The position numbers were made by a program, and so were the translations under genes. Below are positions 29,497 through 38,469 of a stretch of 38,469 nucleotides of DNA, in pieces. The notes below the pieces were generated by a model. The model saw only the letters and a program-made list of their open reading frames with translations, did no database searches and had not been told where the DNA came from. This DNA comes from Tubiluchus corallicola (taxonomy: Eukaryota > Animalia > Priapulida), in assembly GCA_030141605.1 (NCBI GenBank), contig JAQGDQ010002434.1:1-38469 (forward strand), read 5' to 3'. Positions within the stretch are counted from its first letter, which is position 1. Every line of letters starts with the position of its first letter.

Positions 29497-30024
29497 TTAA
29501 GAACGTTTAATTTCGTTTATACGCTCTTTTAGTTCTTCAATACGTTCTTTTAGTTCTTCAATACGTTCTCTTTGTGTATCTATAAGTTCCTGTTTATACT
29601 TTTCTTCCTGCATATTTGCAGTTCCATAAGCTTTATATTTAGTAGACTGGCTATGATTAACAGTAGCACCATCACCTATTACAATATAACTACCGTCTTT
29701 AATATTATAGCTATTAGTAATGTATTGAGTAATTTCCTTCTTCAATTTTTTCGCGACTTTGGGTGTGAGAGGCCTATCAAAAGTATCTATTTTACGCAAA
29801 TCCACCAAAAAACTTTCCTCACAAGATTTTAACATCTCACCTTTGCCCGTTAATAGCCATTCGGGATTTATGTTATAGGAAAATAGAATTTTTTCTAAAT
29901 TGTCGCCTCTTAAATTACTTTTTTTATCTAAAGCACCATTTGAAATACCAGTTTTATTATAAACTTCTGTTTTTGTAATATTTTGCTTATCAATGAATTG
30001 TAAAACTCTCTCGGATGTTTTCAT
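29497..30024 (-). CDS. Phage repressor-like HTH protein with C-terminal coiled coil
   Basis: ERVLQFID...TGISNG...LEKIL...INPEWLLTGKGEML XRE/CI-type HTH; C-terminal heptad repeat ERIEELK ERIEELK ERINEIK. Confidence 0.85.
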   Translation of the reverse strand: MKTSERVLQFIDKQNITKTEVYNKTGISNGALDKKSNLRGDNLEKILFSYNINPEWLLTGKGEMLKSCEESFLVDLRKIDTFDRPLTPKVAKKLKKEITQYITNSYNIKDGSYIVIGDGATVNHSQSTKYKAYGTANMQEEKYKQELIDTQRERIEELKERIEELKERINEIKRS

Positions 30025-30030
30025 AAAATA

Positions 30031-30085
30031 TTTGAAAAAAATCTAACTTTTTATTTGCATTTTAGATAAAACTCTAATACATTTG
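30031..30085 (+). promoter_or_regulatory. Early promoter (TTTG-N20-TACATTTG) with operator-like palindromes TTAGA-N6-TCTAA
   Basis: TTTG ends at 30057 and TACATTTG spans 30078-30085; palindromes at 30062-30077 (perfect) and 30031-30046 (one mismatch). Confidence 0.7.
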
Positions 30086-30127
30086 CTATTTATAAAACAA
30101 AAATAAAAACAAAAACAATATAAAAAA

Positions 30128-30349
30128 ATGTTAAAAAAGTTAAAGTATCTCAACACACCCTACATAACAGTAGTGATCGCAAAGGCTGTAGGTGTTTCGA
30201 AACAGTATGTAAATTATATAAATATAGGGCATTCCAAAGGAACAAGAGGCACTCAAAAGTATAGAGATGTAATAGAATTAATGCACCTGTTGGATAAAAC
30301 TGTAGAAAAATTCGTAAAAAACAAGCAAAAACGACAAAACTATGCTTAA
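30128..30349 (+). CDS. Ner/Cro-like small HTH DNA-binding protein
   Basis: IAKAVGVSKQYVNYI HTH motif; located between repressor and transposase, overlapping the transposase start. Confidence 0.7.
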   Translation: MLKKLKYLNTPYITVVIAKAVGVSKQYVNYINIGHSKGTRGTQKYRDVIELMHLLDKTVEKFVKNKQKRQNYA

Positions 30350-32378
30350 CCACAACGGCATTACTATACATAAAGGAAAAATACACCTGACTATAGGTAA
30401 GTTAATGGAATTTGAGGTGAGTAAGAATTATATTAAAAAAGCACTTTCAAAAGCAAAAGGTTACCCTAATAGTTACCCTGAAAGGTTACCCTCTTGGCAT
30501 CACATCAAAGGATTGTATGGAGACCGTAAAACCGTATGGGTATGCTATGACACCATACCTGAGCAAACACGTGTCAAACTGCCTAATAGAGAAGAACTAC
30601 TCAAAATGTCAATTGTTCAAACCTTGTTCAAACAAGGTTTGAAACCTATTGCAGCATTAGACAAACAGACCCTTTACAAATGTGGACTTCCATCCAAAGC
30701 CATAGCTCTTGTAAGCGAACAAGCACAATGGTGTAGTATGCTCAACAGCCTTGTTCATTTTGATAAAAAACAATACTATCCTACTGTAACAGATTACAAC
30801 CAAGCACTACCTACCTTGTTGCCCAAGTACCTTAAACTACCCAAAAACCCAAAAAAACTACAAGAAAAACTACAAACCTACAAAAAACAAGGCATCGCAG
30901 CCTTGATGCCTAAGTATTATGGAAATACAAATAGTGTAAAATATGCAGACAAAAAAGTAATTGCCATTATTACTCAAATGCGTGTTTTGCACAACTACCC
31001 CAATGCACACATCATACGTCATTTACCTCAAATATGCAAAATGCTGGAGATAAAATGCCCTAGCGAGGGATGGCTAAAAAACTACTTGGCACGTCCTGAT
31101 ACTAAATTTATAACCTCAACTACACGGCATGGCAATCGTAGGTTTGCACAGGACTATCTACCCTATATCCGCGTTGCTCAATCGGAGCATTCGGGAGATT
31201 GCTGGCAAATCGACGGTACGCGCCTAAACCTGATAGAGCATCTAAATGGAAAAGATTACAAATTCCTATACATCATAGCCATAATGGACTTGCACAGCCA
31301 CTGTATTATAGCCTACACGCTGGGAAGCAGTCGTAGTACCATAGAGAGCCGGCACACTTACACCGACGTATTGCGTCTGGCAATTGCGCACACGGGCTAC
31401 CTGCCTGCAAAATTGGTATTAGATCGCTTCCCAGGCCATAATACAACAGAATGGAAAGGACTGATACAACAAATACAGCAAATAGGGACAACAGTAGAGT
31501 ACAAACATACAGCTACAGGCAAAGCACAAATAGAACGCAAATTTCACACCCTTCAAAGTGTATTTATGCAAAACAGCCCTTATTATTATGGCGAGGGCGT
31601 CAAAAGCACACGAGAATACGCGCACCGCAGCGAAACAGACCTTGCCAAGATGCGAAAAAAAGCACGAGCAGAAGGCTGGAACAAAGAACAAGCAATGCAA
31701 GAAGCACACCGCATCATATACAATTACAACAACACTCCTCTCGAAACATATAGCAAAGCAAACCTTACAGACAAGCACCTTGCACCACAACAGAAACACG
31801 AAAAAAGCAGCAAGAAACACACTATACATCTTACAGCAGTAGAATATAACTTACTATTCGGGCTAAAACGCACAGTAACCCTACGTAAAGGACAGGTGAA
31901 GATCGAAATAGAAAAAACACCCTATTACTACAATGTAGACTACAAAACAATGAAAAACTACACAGGTAAAAAAGTAATAGTAAGGTACGATATAATGAAC
32001 CTAAAACAAGTACACCTCTACGAAGTAGGCACAGAAAAATGGCTAGGCTCTGCCAGCGAAGCACCGCAAGTCAAAATATACGGAACAAACTTAGATTATA
32101 CAACATTGACACAAGAGAGACAAAGAATAAAAAAAATAGAACAACAACGCAAAGAAGAACTCGCAGCTAAAACAAAACATATAAATCCCAACGAAGTAGA
32201 AATATTACTAGGTGGTTTAGGTGATAAAACTACAAAAGAACAAGAAGAAACAAACTACCTATTCGCACAGGCAGTCAACAGCGATATAGCACCGAAAGAA
32301 ACACAACCAACACAAAGACAGGAGGATGATATAGACGTTTCAAAAGAACTTGAATATCAAATATTTAACAATAACTAA
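30342..32378 (+). CDS. MuA-like DDE transposase/integrase
   Basis: CWQIDGT (D1), IAIMDLHS, LVLDRFPG (D2), KAQIERKF (E), YNNTP, and C-terminal V.VRYD..NL..V.LY motif; 678 aa. Confidence 0.88.
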   Translation: MLNHNGITIHKGKIHLTIGKLMEFEVSKNYIKKALSKAKGYPNSYPERLPSWHHIKGLYGDRKTVWVCYDTIPEQTRVKLPNREELLKMSIVQTLFKQGLKPIAALDKQTLYKCGLPSKAIALVSEQAQWCSMLNSLVHFDKKQYYPTVTDYNQALPTLLPKYLKLPKNPKKLQEKLQTYKKQGIAALMPKYYGNTNSVKYADKKVIAIITQMRVLHNYPNAHIIRHLPQICKMLEIKCPSEGWLKNYLARPDTKFITSTTRHGNRRFAQDYLPYIRVAQSEHSGDCWQIDGTRLNLIEHLNGKDYKFLYIIAIMDLHSHCIIAYTLGSSRSTIESRHTYTDVLRLAIAHTGYLPAKLVLDRFPGHNTTEWKGLIQQIQQIGTTVEYKHTATGKAQIERKFHTLQSVFMQNSPYYYGEGVKSTREYAHRSETDLAKMRKKARAEGWNKEQAMQEAHRIIYNYNNTPLETYSKANLTDKHLAPQQKHEKSSKKHTIHLTAVEYNLLFGLKRTVTLRKGQVKIEIEKTPYYYNVDYKTMKNYTGKKVIVRYDIMNLKQVHLYEVGTEKWLGSASEAPQVKIYGTNLDYTTLTQERQRIKKIEQQRKEELAAKTKHINPNEVEILLGGLGDKTTKEQEETNYLFAQAVNSDIAPKETQPTQRQEDDIDVSKELEYQIFNNN

Positions 32379-32384
32379 AAGCAT

Positions 32385-33287
32385 ATGGAAAACTCTCACA
32401 AAACAAAGATAGTAGAACTTATAAAAGAAGAAGCCAAACAATTAGGCTCTGCTGCAAAAGTAGCTATAAAATGTGAAGTAAGCAAAGCCACTATATCTCA
32501 AATGACTAATAAAAAATGGAAAAACATAGCAGACGACTTGTGGGCACATATAGGCAACACACTAGGATTTTCGCTCAAAAAAAACTGGGAAATATGCACC
32601 AACACTATCAACTACAAAATGATAACAAACACTCTTGAAAAAGCAAAAACAGAAAGCATATTTACAGCTATAGCCTCACCAGCAGGCTCAGGAAAAACAG
32701 CCACACTGAAAAACTATACAAAGGAAAAACAAAACAACACATTTTACCTACAATGCGGCGAATGGACCAAAAGAGAGCTATGTATAAACCTCTCTAAATC
32801 GCTAGGAATAGGATACAAAACATACACCCGAATCAACCTAATGCTAGAACAAATAGTAAAAACACTAAAACAAATGGAAAAACAAGAACTACTTATAATC
32901 ATAGACGAAGCAGACAAACTACGACCAGCAGCACTAAGAACACTCATACCACTCTACAACTACTTGGAAGACAAAATAGGAATAGTAATAGCAGGAACAG
33001 AACACTTGAAAAAACGAATAAAACAAGGAGTAGCTCGAAGAGATGTAGGATATGATGAAATAGATAGCAGATTTGGACGAAGCTACATCAACCTTATAGG
33101 AGCGATAAAACAAGACGTAGCAAACATATGCAAAAACAACTTAATAACCAACGAAGAAGAAATAAAACGAATATGGAACGCTTGCGAACCAACTGCCACC
33201 ACCGTAAGCAATAGAACTATAAAAGTTGTAAAAGACTATAGACGTATAAAAAGACTAATAAAAGAAAAACAATACAACAGAAAATAG
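32385..33287 (+). CDS. MuB-like AAA+ transposition ATPase with N-terminal HTH
   Basis: N-terminal VAIKCEVSKATISQ HTH; Walker A SPAGSGKT; Walker B IIIDEADKL; GIVIAGT; EIDSRF. Confidence 0.9.
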   Translation: MENSHKTKIVELIKEEAKQLGSAAKVAIKCEVSKATISQMTNKKWKNIADDLWAHIGNTLGFSLKKNWEICTNTINYKMITNTLEKAKTESIFTAIASPAGSGKTATLKNYTKEKQNNTFYLQCGEWTKRELCINLSKSLGIGYKTYTRINLMLEQIVKTLKQMEKQELLIIIDEADKLRPAALRTLIPLYNYLEDKIGIVIAGTEHLKKRIKQGVARRDVGYDEIDSRFGRSYINLIGAIKQDVANICKNNLITNEEEIKRIWNACEPTATTVSNRTIKVVKDYRRIKRLIKEKQYNRK

Positions 33288-33288
33288 A

Positions 33289-33539
33289 ATGGCATATAAC
33301 AAAAACAACCGTTACAAAAAAGCCGTAGAAATATACACCAGAATAAAAAAATGTAAGGAAAAGACGAAGAAAGGACTTACAAACAAATATACTACATACA
33401 CATACTCCCCTGATTTATCATATCAATAAGACAATACAATGAATTAAGAAAACTGGGTGAGCAACTTGTAGAAAACGGTAAGGCTAACGGTAATAAGACT
33501 GAAAAACAACAACAACTCACATTTACTTGGAATAAATAA
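33289..33539 (+). pseudogene. Small phage early gene, frame-disrupted
   Basis: ATG follows the MuB stop after one base (MAYNKNNRYKKAVEI...GLTNKY). A plausible continuation lies in another frame (FIISIRQYNELRKLG...QQLTFTWNK*). Confidence 0.4.
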
Positions 33540-33556
33540 CTAAAAGCTTTCAAAAA

Positions 33557-33685
33557 ATGAAAAAACTAATAATCAACTTAAAATTAAAATGCTACAAATA
33601 CCTAACCAACTTTTGGAAAGAAGAAATAAACCACTACCACCACAAAAACAACGCCACAATGTGGCTGGATGCTATAATATCCTAG
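33557..33685 (+). CDS. Small phage ORF (42 aa) ending at the junction
   Basis: MKKLIINLKLKCYKYLTNFWKEE...; same A/C-ending codon bias as MuB. Confidence 0.35.
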   Translation: MKKLIINLKLKCYKYLTNFWKEEINHYHHKNNATMWLDAIIS

Positions 33686-33686
33686 C

Positions 33687-34220
33687 TTCAAATGAAAGGT
33701 CTCACAAACAGTTTTATGGAAGGTAGAGTAATGAACCCGAATGCTAATTCATTTCTGAAGGCGGATCTACGACAACGGGGTGTACGAAGTAAGGGCGGTT
33801 CAACAACTGGGCGTGCGAAACATTTACACTTCGCGCGCATGCGCAGCTGCGAATATCCCTGGCGACACGGTTTTTTTCTTCGTGAATTGATTGAATGTTA
33901 ATTGCAATCAATTTTAAACCATTTTCGTTTGTTCCCCCCCCCTTTTCTTGTTCATGATGACAAACGTAACGGAGGGAACATAAAAGGGAAGTTTATTGTC
34001 TCCTGGATGAAATCTTATAAAGCGGGGCAGCTGCGCGGGGATCGTGTGTAGATTTTAAACTAAAGTGTAACGAGATAATTTCATGTAGAAAATGGGCCAC
34101 ATTGACTTTTGCACATTTGACAATAACTTCTTGTGGTGTGTTACTAAAACAGAATCTTGTAAATAAACAAATAGTTGTTATTGAGTACTAATATTAAATA
34201 TTAGTTTCATTTATGCATAT

Positions 34221-34254
<34 letters not shown>

Positions 34255-34350
34255 GCACACACACGCATGTACACACACACAAACACACACACACACACAC
34301 ACACACATGCATTCACACACACATGACACACACACACATGCACTACACAC
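33687..34350 (+). repeat. Long inverted repeat, left arm
   Basis: TTCAAATGAAAGGTCTCACAAAC... is the reverse complement of ~35200-35890, with scattered substitutions and small indels. Confidence 0.95.
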
Positions 34351-34412
34351 ATGCAGGCACAAGTACACACACGATGTACGCACACACAAATATGCACACA
34401 CACACACACACA
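34222..34412 (+). repeat. (CA)n imperfect microsatellite
   Basis: Directly visible in the sequence. Confidence 0.98.
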
Positions 34413-34415
34413 TGT

Positions 34416-34634
34416 TGCACACGTGTCAGTCACACATGAGTGTCTTGACCTACTGTTTTGGCTTGGGTAAGCCGCAGTGTACCAGGCATAGTCAAACGTT
34501 AATTAGCGCTCTGCACACGTGTTAGTCACACATGAGTGTCTTGACCTACTGTTTTGGCTTGAGTAAGCCGCAGTGTACCAGGCATAGTCAAACGTTAATT
34601 AGCGCTCTGCAACCTTCTCAGTCACACATGAGTG
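34416..34634 (+). repeat. 96-bp tandem repeat, about 2.3 copies
   Basis: Units start at 34416, 34512 and 34608 (…AGTCACACATGAGTGTCTTGACCTACTG…AGCGCTC). Confidence 0.92.
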
Positions 34635-35135
34635 AGGTCATCTACACTTCTGGCATGTAGCAGACATAAACAAGTATTAAATACAGTCATGCTCGCGGAT
34701 TTGCATGTAAATTCATTCAGTTTTGTTGCAGTTGTTACCGGTTGTCAAAATGTAGTATGAGTAGTTTGACCAGTGACCACTGTTCTCCTATGCAATGGAC
34801 AGAAGGAGGTAGAGCTGACCACTAAGAGCAGCACCCAGGTCTGTTTATTTCACAGCTAAAAATTGTAGAAAAGTTTAACAGCCGTGGGATTGGGGTTGCT
34901 TCGTAACAAGTAATGCTAACCAGCCAATCAGCATCTGAAGCCAGGTGCATTCCACAATACTGTACTGTATGGTATGTTCCCACGCAAAATCACTTGTAAA
35001 TTGTTGGTGAAATGTATGTTTAGTTGATTGTTCTGCATTCTTATGAAAATGATTGCATATTATGGATTAGTATTTTGTTGTCTTTTTTGAAAACTGGTTT
35101 CTAAATATAAGTACATGCTTATTTATGAGGGCGTG

Positions 35136-35137
<2 letters not shown>

Positions 35138-35172
<35 letters not shown>

Positions 35173-35320
35173 ATGCGTGTGTGAGTGTGTGCGTGTGTGT
35201 GTGTGTGTGCATGTGTTGTGTGTGAGTGCATGTGTGTGTGTGTGCATGTGTTGTGTGTGAGTGCATGTGTGTGTGTGTGTGTGTGTGTGTTTGTGTGTGT
35301 GTACATGCGTGTGTGTGTGC

Positions 35321-35353
<33 letters not shown>
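35138..35353 (+). repeat. (TG)n imperfect microsatellite
   Basis: Directly visible; mirror of 34222-34412. Confidence 0.98.
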
Positions 35354-35354
<1 letters not shown>

Positions 35355-35890
35355 ATATGCATAAATGAAACTAATATTTAATATTAGTACTCAATAACAA
35401 ACAACTATTTGTTTATTTACAAGATTCTGTTTTAGTAACACACCACAAGAAGTTATTGTCAAATGTGCAAAAGTCAATGTGGTCCATTTTCTACATGAAA
35501 TTATCTCTCGTTACACTTTAGTTTAAAATCTACACACGATCCCCGCGCAGCTGCCCCGCTTTATAAGATTTCATCCACGAGACAATAAACTTCCCTTTTA
35601 TGTTCCCTCCGTTACGTTTGTCATCATGAACAAGAAAAGGGGGGGAACAAACGAAAAATGGTTTAAAATTGATTGCAATTAACATTCAATCAAATCAAGA
35701 AGAAAAAACTGTGTCGCCAGGGATATTCGCAGCTGCGCATGCGCGCGAAATGTAAATGTTTCGCACGCCCAGTTCTTGAACCGCCCTTACTTCGTACACC
35801 CCGTTGTCGTAGATCCGCCTTCAGAAATGAATTAGCATTCGGTTCATTACTCTACCTTCCATAAAACTGTTTGTGAGACCTTCATTTGAA
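35200..35890 (-). repeat. Long inverted repeat, right arm
   Basis: Ends ...GTTTGTGAGACCTTCATTTGAA at 35890. Confidence 0.95.
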
Positions 35891-36023
35891 AAAGAGTTAA
35901 CACCTAGACGACTTAGTTGACGCATGCGCACTGGCAGGGAGGAATAAAATAGAGCAATAACTGATCGTCCAGGGATAAATAAAGTCAGTATTGTATGCAT
36001 AAACAATTTTATTGTTTACTGAA

Positions 36024-36111
36024 GCCAGAAATCTGTGCAGCGGATATTATGAGTTGGCTTCCTGTAATATGACCTTGAACTTCTCTTTTCACGAGGCGTT
36101 TGGATTCTGTG
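36024..36111 (+). repeat. 88-bp repeat, inverted copy of 38382-38469
   Basis: GCCAGAAATCTGTGCAGCGG...TTTGGATTCTGTG is the exact reverse complement of the last 88 nt of the window. Confidence 0.95.
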
Positions 36112-36114
36112 AGT

Positions 36115-36310
36115 GACTGACTGACTGACTGACTGACTGACTGACTGACTGACTGACTGACTGACTGACTGACTGACTGACTGACTGAGTGAGTGAGTGA
36201 CTGACTGACTGACTGACTGACTGACTGACTGACTGACTGACTGACTGACTGACTGACTGACTGACTGACTGACTGACTGACTGACTGACTGACTGACTGA
36301 CTGACTGACT
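36115..36310 (+). repeat. (GACT)n microsatellite
   Basis: Directly visible, with a few GAGT variants. Confidence 0.98.
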
Positions 36311-36509
36311 AGCTAATTTATAAGTATTAAAATAAATGCAAATTATGCAAAAAATGCAAATCGTATTGCGTGTTTCAATCAAAATCTATTCATAGAAATC
36401 GTGAAATGCAGAGAACTTTCCGCGTTCCGCTTACCGTCTCCGTCAAGAATGTAATTAACACGAGCTCCATACAGACTGTAAATAACAACCTATAACTACA
36501 TAACAGAGA

Positions 36510-36655
36510 CGAGTATTACCCCACTTTTACCCTAAATACCACGCGCCTGGCAGGGCAATATCAGGCCAACACCATTTTTCAAGTGTGACCCGATCGCTGT
36601 ATCGAACTCACGACCTTCCAGACGAAAAGAGGACACATAACCACTAAACTAGTTA
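36510..36655 (-). mobile_element. Degenerate tRNA-derived SINE-like element
   Basis: Minus strand has an A-box-like TAGTTTAGTGGTTA and a B-box-like GGTCGTGAGTTCGATAC, then a GGGTCACAC..AAAAATGG..CCCTGCCAGGCGC body; no acceptor stem seen. Confidence 0.55.
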
Positions 36656-36758
36656 GATGGTTAGTTAGTTAGTTCGTCAGTCATTTGTTCAGCCGATCCT
36701 TCATTCAGTCATTCACTCATTCGCTCCTTTTACTTTCCTGTATTGCAATTACTTGCGA

Positions 36759-37525
36759 TAACATCATCTTACAATAAGATCAATTTTAACTGTTTTGGTG
36801 TTCATTCATTCGTTCACTCATTCACTTACTCATTCGTTCTTTCATTCATTCATTCATTCACACGTGTGTTCGTTCGTTCATTCGTTTACTCATTCACTCA
36901 TTCACTCATTCATTCTTTTTTGTCTTGCAAATACTTTGATATCTATCCCAAGCCTCAATAACATCATCATACAATAAGACTGTTTTCACCTGTTTGGTGT
37001 TCATTCATTCGTTCATTCATTCACTTATTCATTCATTCATTCATTCATTCATTCATTCATTCATTCATTCATTCATTCATTCATTCATTTAATCATTCAT
37101 TCATTCATTCATTCATTCATTCATTCATTCATTCATTCATTCATTCATCCATCCATTCATTCATTCATTCATTCATTCATTTGTTCATTCATTCATTCAT
37201 TTCTGTTTCTTGTTTTACAAATACTTGGATACCTATCCCCTATCCCAAGCATCTATAACATTATCATACAATAAGATTGTTTTCACCTGTTTGGTGTTCA
37301 TTCATTCGTTCATTCATTAACTTATTCATTCATTCATTCATTCACTTATTCATTCATTCATTCGTTTGTTCGTTCATTCATTCATTCATTCATTCATTCA
37401 TTCATTCATTCATTCATCCATTCATTCATTTGTTCATTCATTCATTCATTTCGGTTTCTTGTTTTACAAATATTTATACTTACAAATACCTATCCTAAGC
37501 ATGAATAACATCAACATCAATAAGA
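36759..37525 (+). repeat. Composite minisatellite: conserved linker plus variable (CATT)n, 3 full units and a partial one
   Basis: Units begin TAACAT(C/T)A...CAATAAGA at 36759, 36959, 37256 and 37506. Confidence 0.9.
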
Positions 37526-37889
37526 GTTCTCTGCTTAGTCAATGAGTGTTACACATTGGCAGCATGTGGTACAGACATGCTCACCTCAGTACATCCTGCT
37601 TACTCAACAACACTGTACAATCATTACTCCTAATCAACTGCTCATTTTTCACACCCACTAAGACATCGGCAACTTAGGATTTTTGCTCGCGGAATCTTCC
37701 AGGTATCTGCAGGTATTTCTGAAGAAGCCATATTTAAGTAAATAAATTATCATATAAAACTCGTGACGGCTAGATCATATCGTAAAATGAAAACTCGTTT
37801 TAACGAGAAATTTAAATCCATCGATCATTTGCGTTATTTTAATCTGCTTTACTGATCGATTACTGAACAAACGACTGTTGAAAATGTCA

Positions 37890-38315
37890 CAACAGTGGCA
37901 ACAGTAGCAGCAGCAACAACAGCAACAACAGCAGCAACAGCAACAACAACAGCAACAACAATAACAACAGCAGCAGCAACAACAACTACACGAGCATCAA
38001 CAACAACAACGACAACAACAGCAAGAGCAACAGCAATAACAACAGCAACAGCAATAACAACAGCAGCAGTAGCAGCAGCAAAAATAACAACAACAATAAC
38101 AACAACAACAACAACAACAACAACAGCAGCAGTAGCAGCAGCAAAAATAACAAAAACAACAACAACAACAGCAGCGCAGCAGCAACAATAACAACAACAA
38201 GAGCGTCAACAACAACAACAACAGCAACAGCAGCAACAATAACAACAACAACAGCAACAACAGCAACAACAATGACAACAACATCAGCAACCACAACAAT
38301 AACAATATTAACACC

Positions 38316-38346
<31 letters not shown>

Positions 38347-38379
38347 GCAGCAGCAGCAACAGCGGCAACAACAACAACA
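37890..38379 (+). repeat. (CAA/CAG)n imperfect trinucleotide microsatellite
   Basis: Directly visible in the sequence. Confidence 0.98.
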
Positions 38380-38381
38380 CC

Positions 38382-38469
38382 CACAGAATCCAAACGCCTC
38401 GTGAAAAGAGAAGTTCAAGGTCATATTACAGGAAGCCAACTCATAATATCCGCTGCACAGATTTCTGGC
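38382..38469 (-). repeat. 88-bp repeat (runs off the window end), inverted copy of 36024-36111
   Basis: Exact reverse-complement match to 36024-36111. Confidence 0.95.

Larger units (their letters stand above)
29291..33685 (+). mobile_element. Left end and early region of a Mu-like transposable prophage (truncated at ~33686)
   Basis: Mu gene order: leftward repressor, then rightward small HTH gene, DDE transposase, AAA ATPase and small ORFs. Candidate TG terminus at 29291. Confidence 0.8.
33686..38469. other. Non-coding, microsatellite-rich eukaryote-like (metazoan-like) DNA
   Basis: No credible ORFs over ~4.8 kb; long di-, tri- and tetranucleotide microsatellites; SINE-like element. Confidence 0.9.

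Noticed and set aside
30342-33287. Tn7-like or CRISPR-associated transposon (TnsB/TnsC)
   Set aside because: No TniQ/TnsD, TnsA or cas genes are visible; the divergent repressor/ner layout and the HTH-bearing ATPase fit Mu-like phages.
33680-33700. Junction as a Mu right end or packaged host DNA
   Set aside because: It lies only ~400 bp after MuB in the early operon, with no terminal CA followed by a CAACA duplication.
34416-34634. 96-bp repeats as CRISPR or iterons
   Set aside because: They are head-to-tail duplications with no unique spacers, in eukaryote-like DNA.
36585-36655. Functional tRNA gene
   Set aside because: Only A/B-box-like motifs are present; I cannot fold an acceptor stem or a convincing cloverleaf.
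36759-37525. Repeat-spacer appearance resembling a CRISPR array
   Set aside because: The 'spacers' are CATT microsatellite, the units are 200-300 bp, and no cas genes are present.
34194-38393. ORFs with poly-VC, HT, QSVS, FIHS, poly-T/L/V/C translations
   Set aside because: They are translations of microsatellites that lack stop codons; there is no coding evidence.

Overview
The window has two very different parts. Positions 1 to ~33686 are AT-rich Bacteroidetes chromosome, judged from SusC/SusD, TAnnTTTG promoters, succinyl-type ArgF' and DUF2851. This part holds housekeeping genes (K+ channel, DUF368, S41 protease, hisB, argF', dapF), secreted or lipoprotein genes (FISUMP, GLUG), and a compact beta-mannoside-type polysaccharide utilisation locus (GH130 phosphorylase, SSS symporter, unclassified clan-A hydrolase, surface binding protein, SusD, SusC, AraC). 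It also holds two tandem secreted ankyrin proteins, a decayed phage-tail remnant, and the left end of a Mu-like transposable prophage (repressor, ner-like gene, MuA, MuB) that appears to have inserted into and truncated a host gene at 29291. At ~33686 the sequence switches abruptly to non-coding, animal-like DNA with (CA)n, (GACT)n, (CATT)n and (CAA)n microsatellites, a tRNA-derived SINE-like element and two inverted-repeat pairs. This is most likely a symbiont/host assembly chimera, and less likely a real bacterium-to-animal insertion. All family assignments come from motif recognition by eye; no searches were run.
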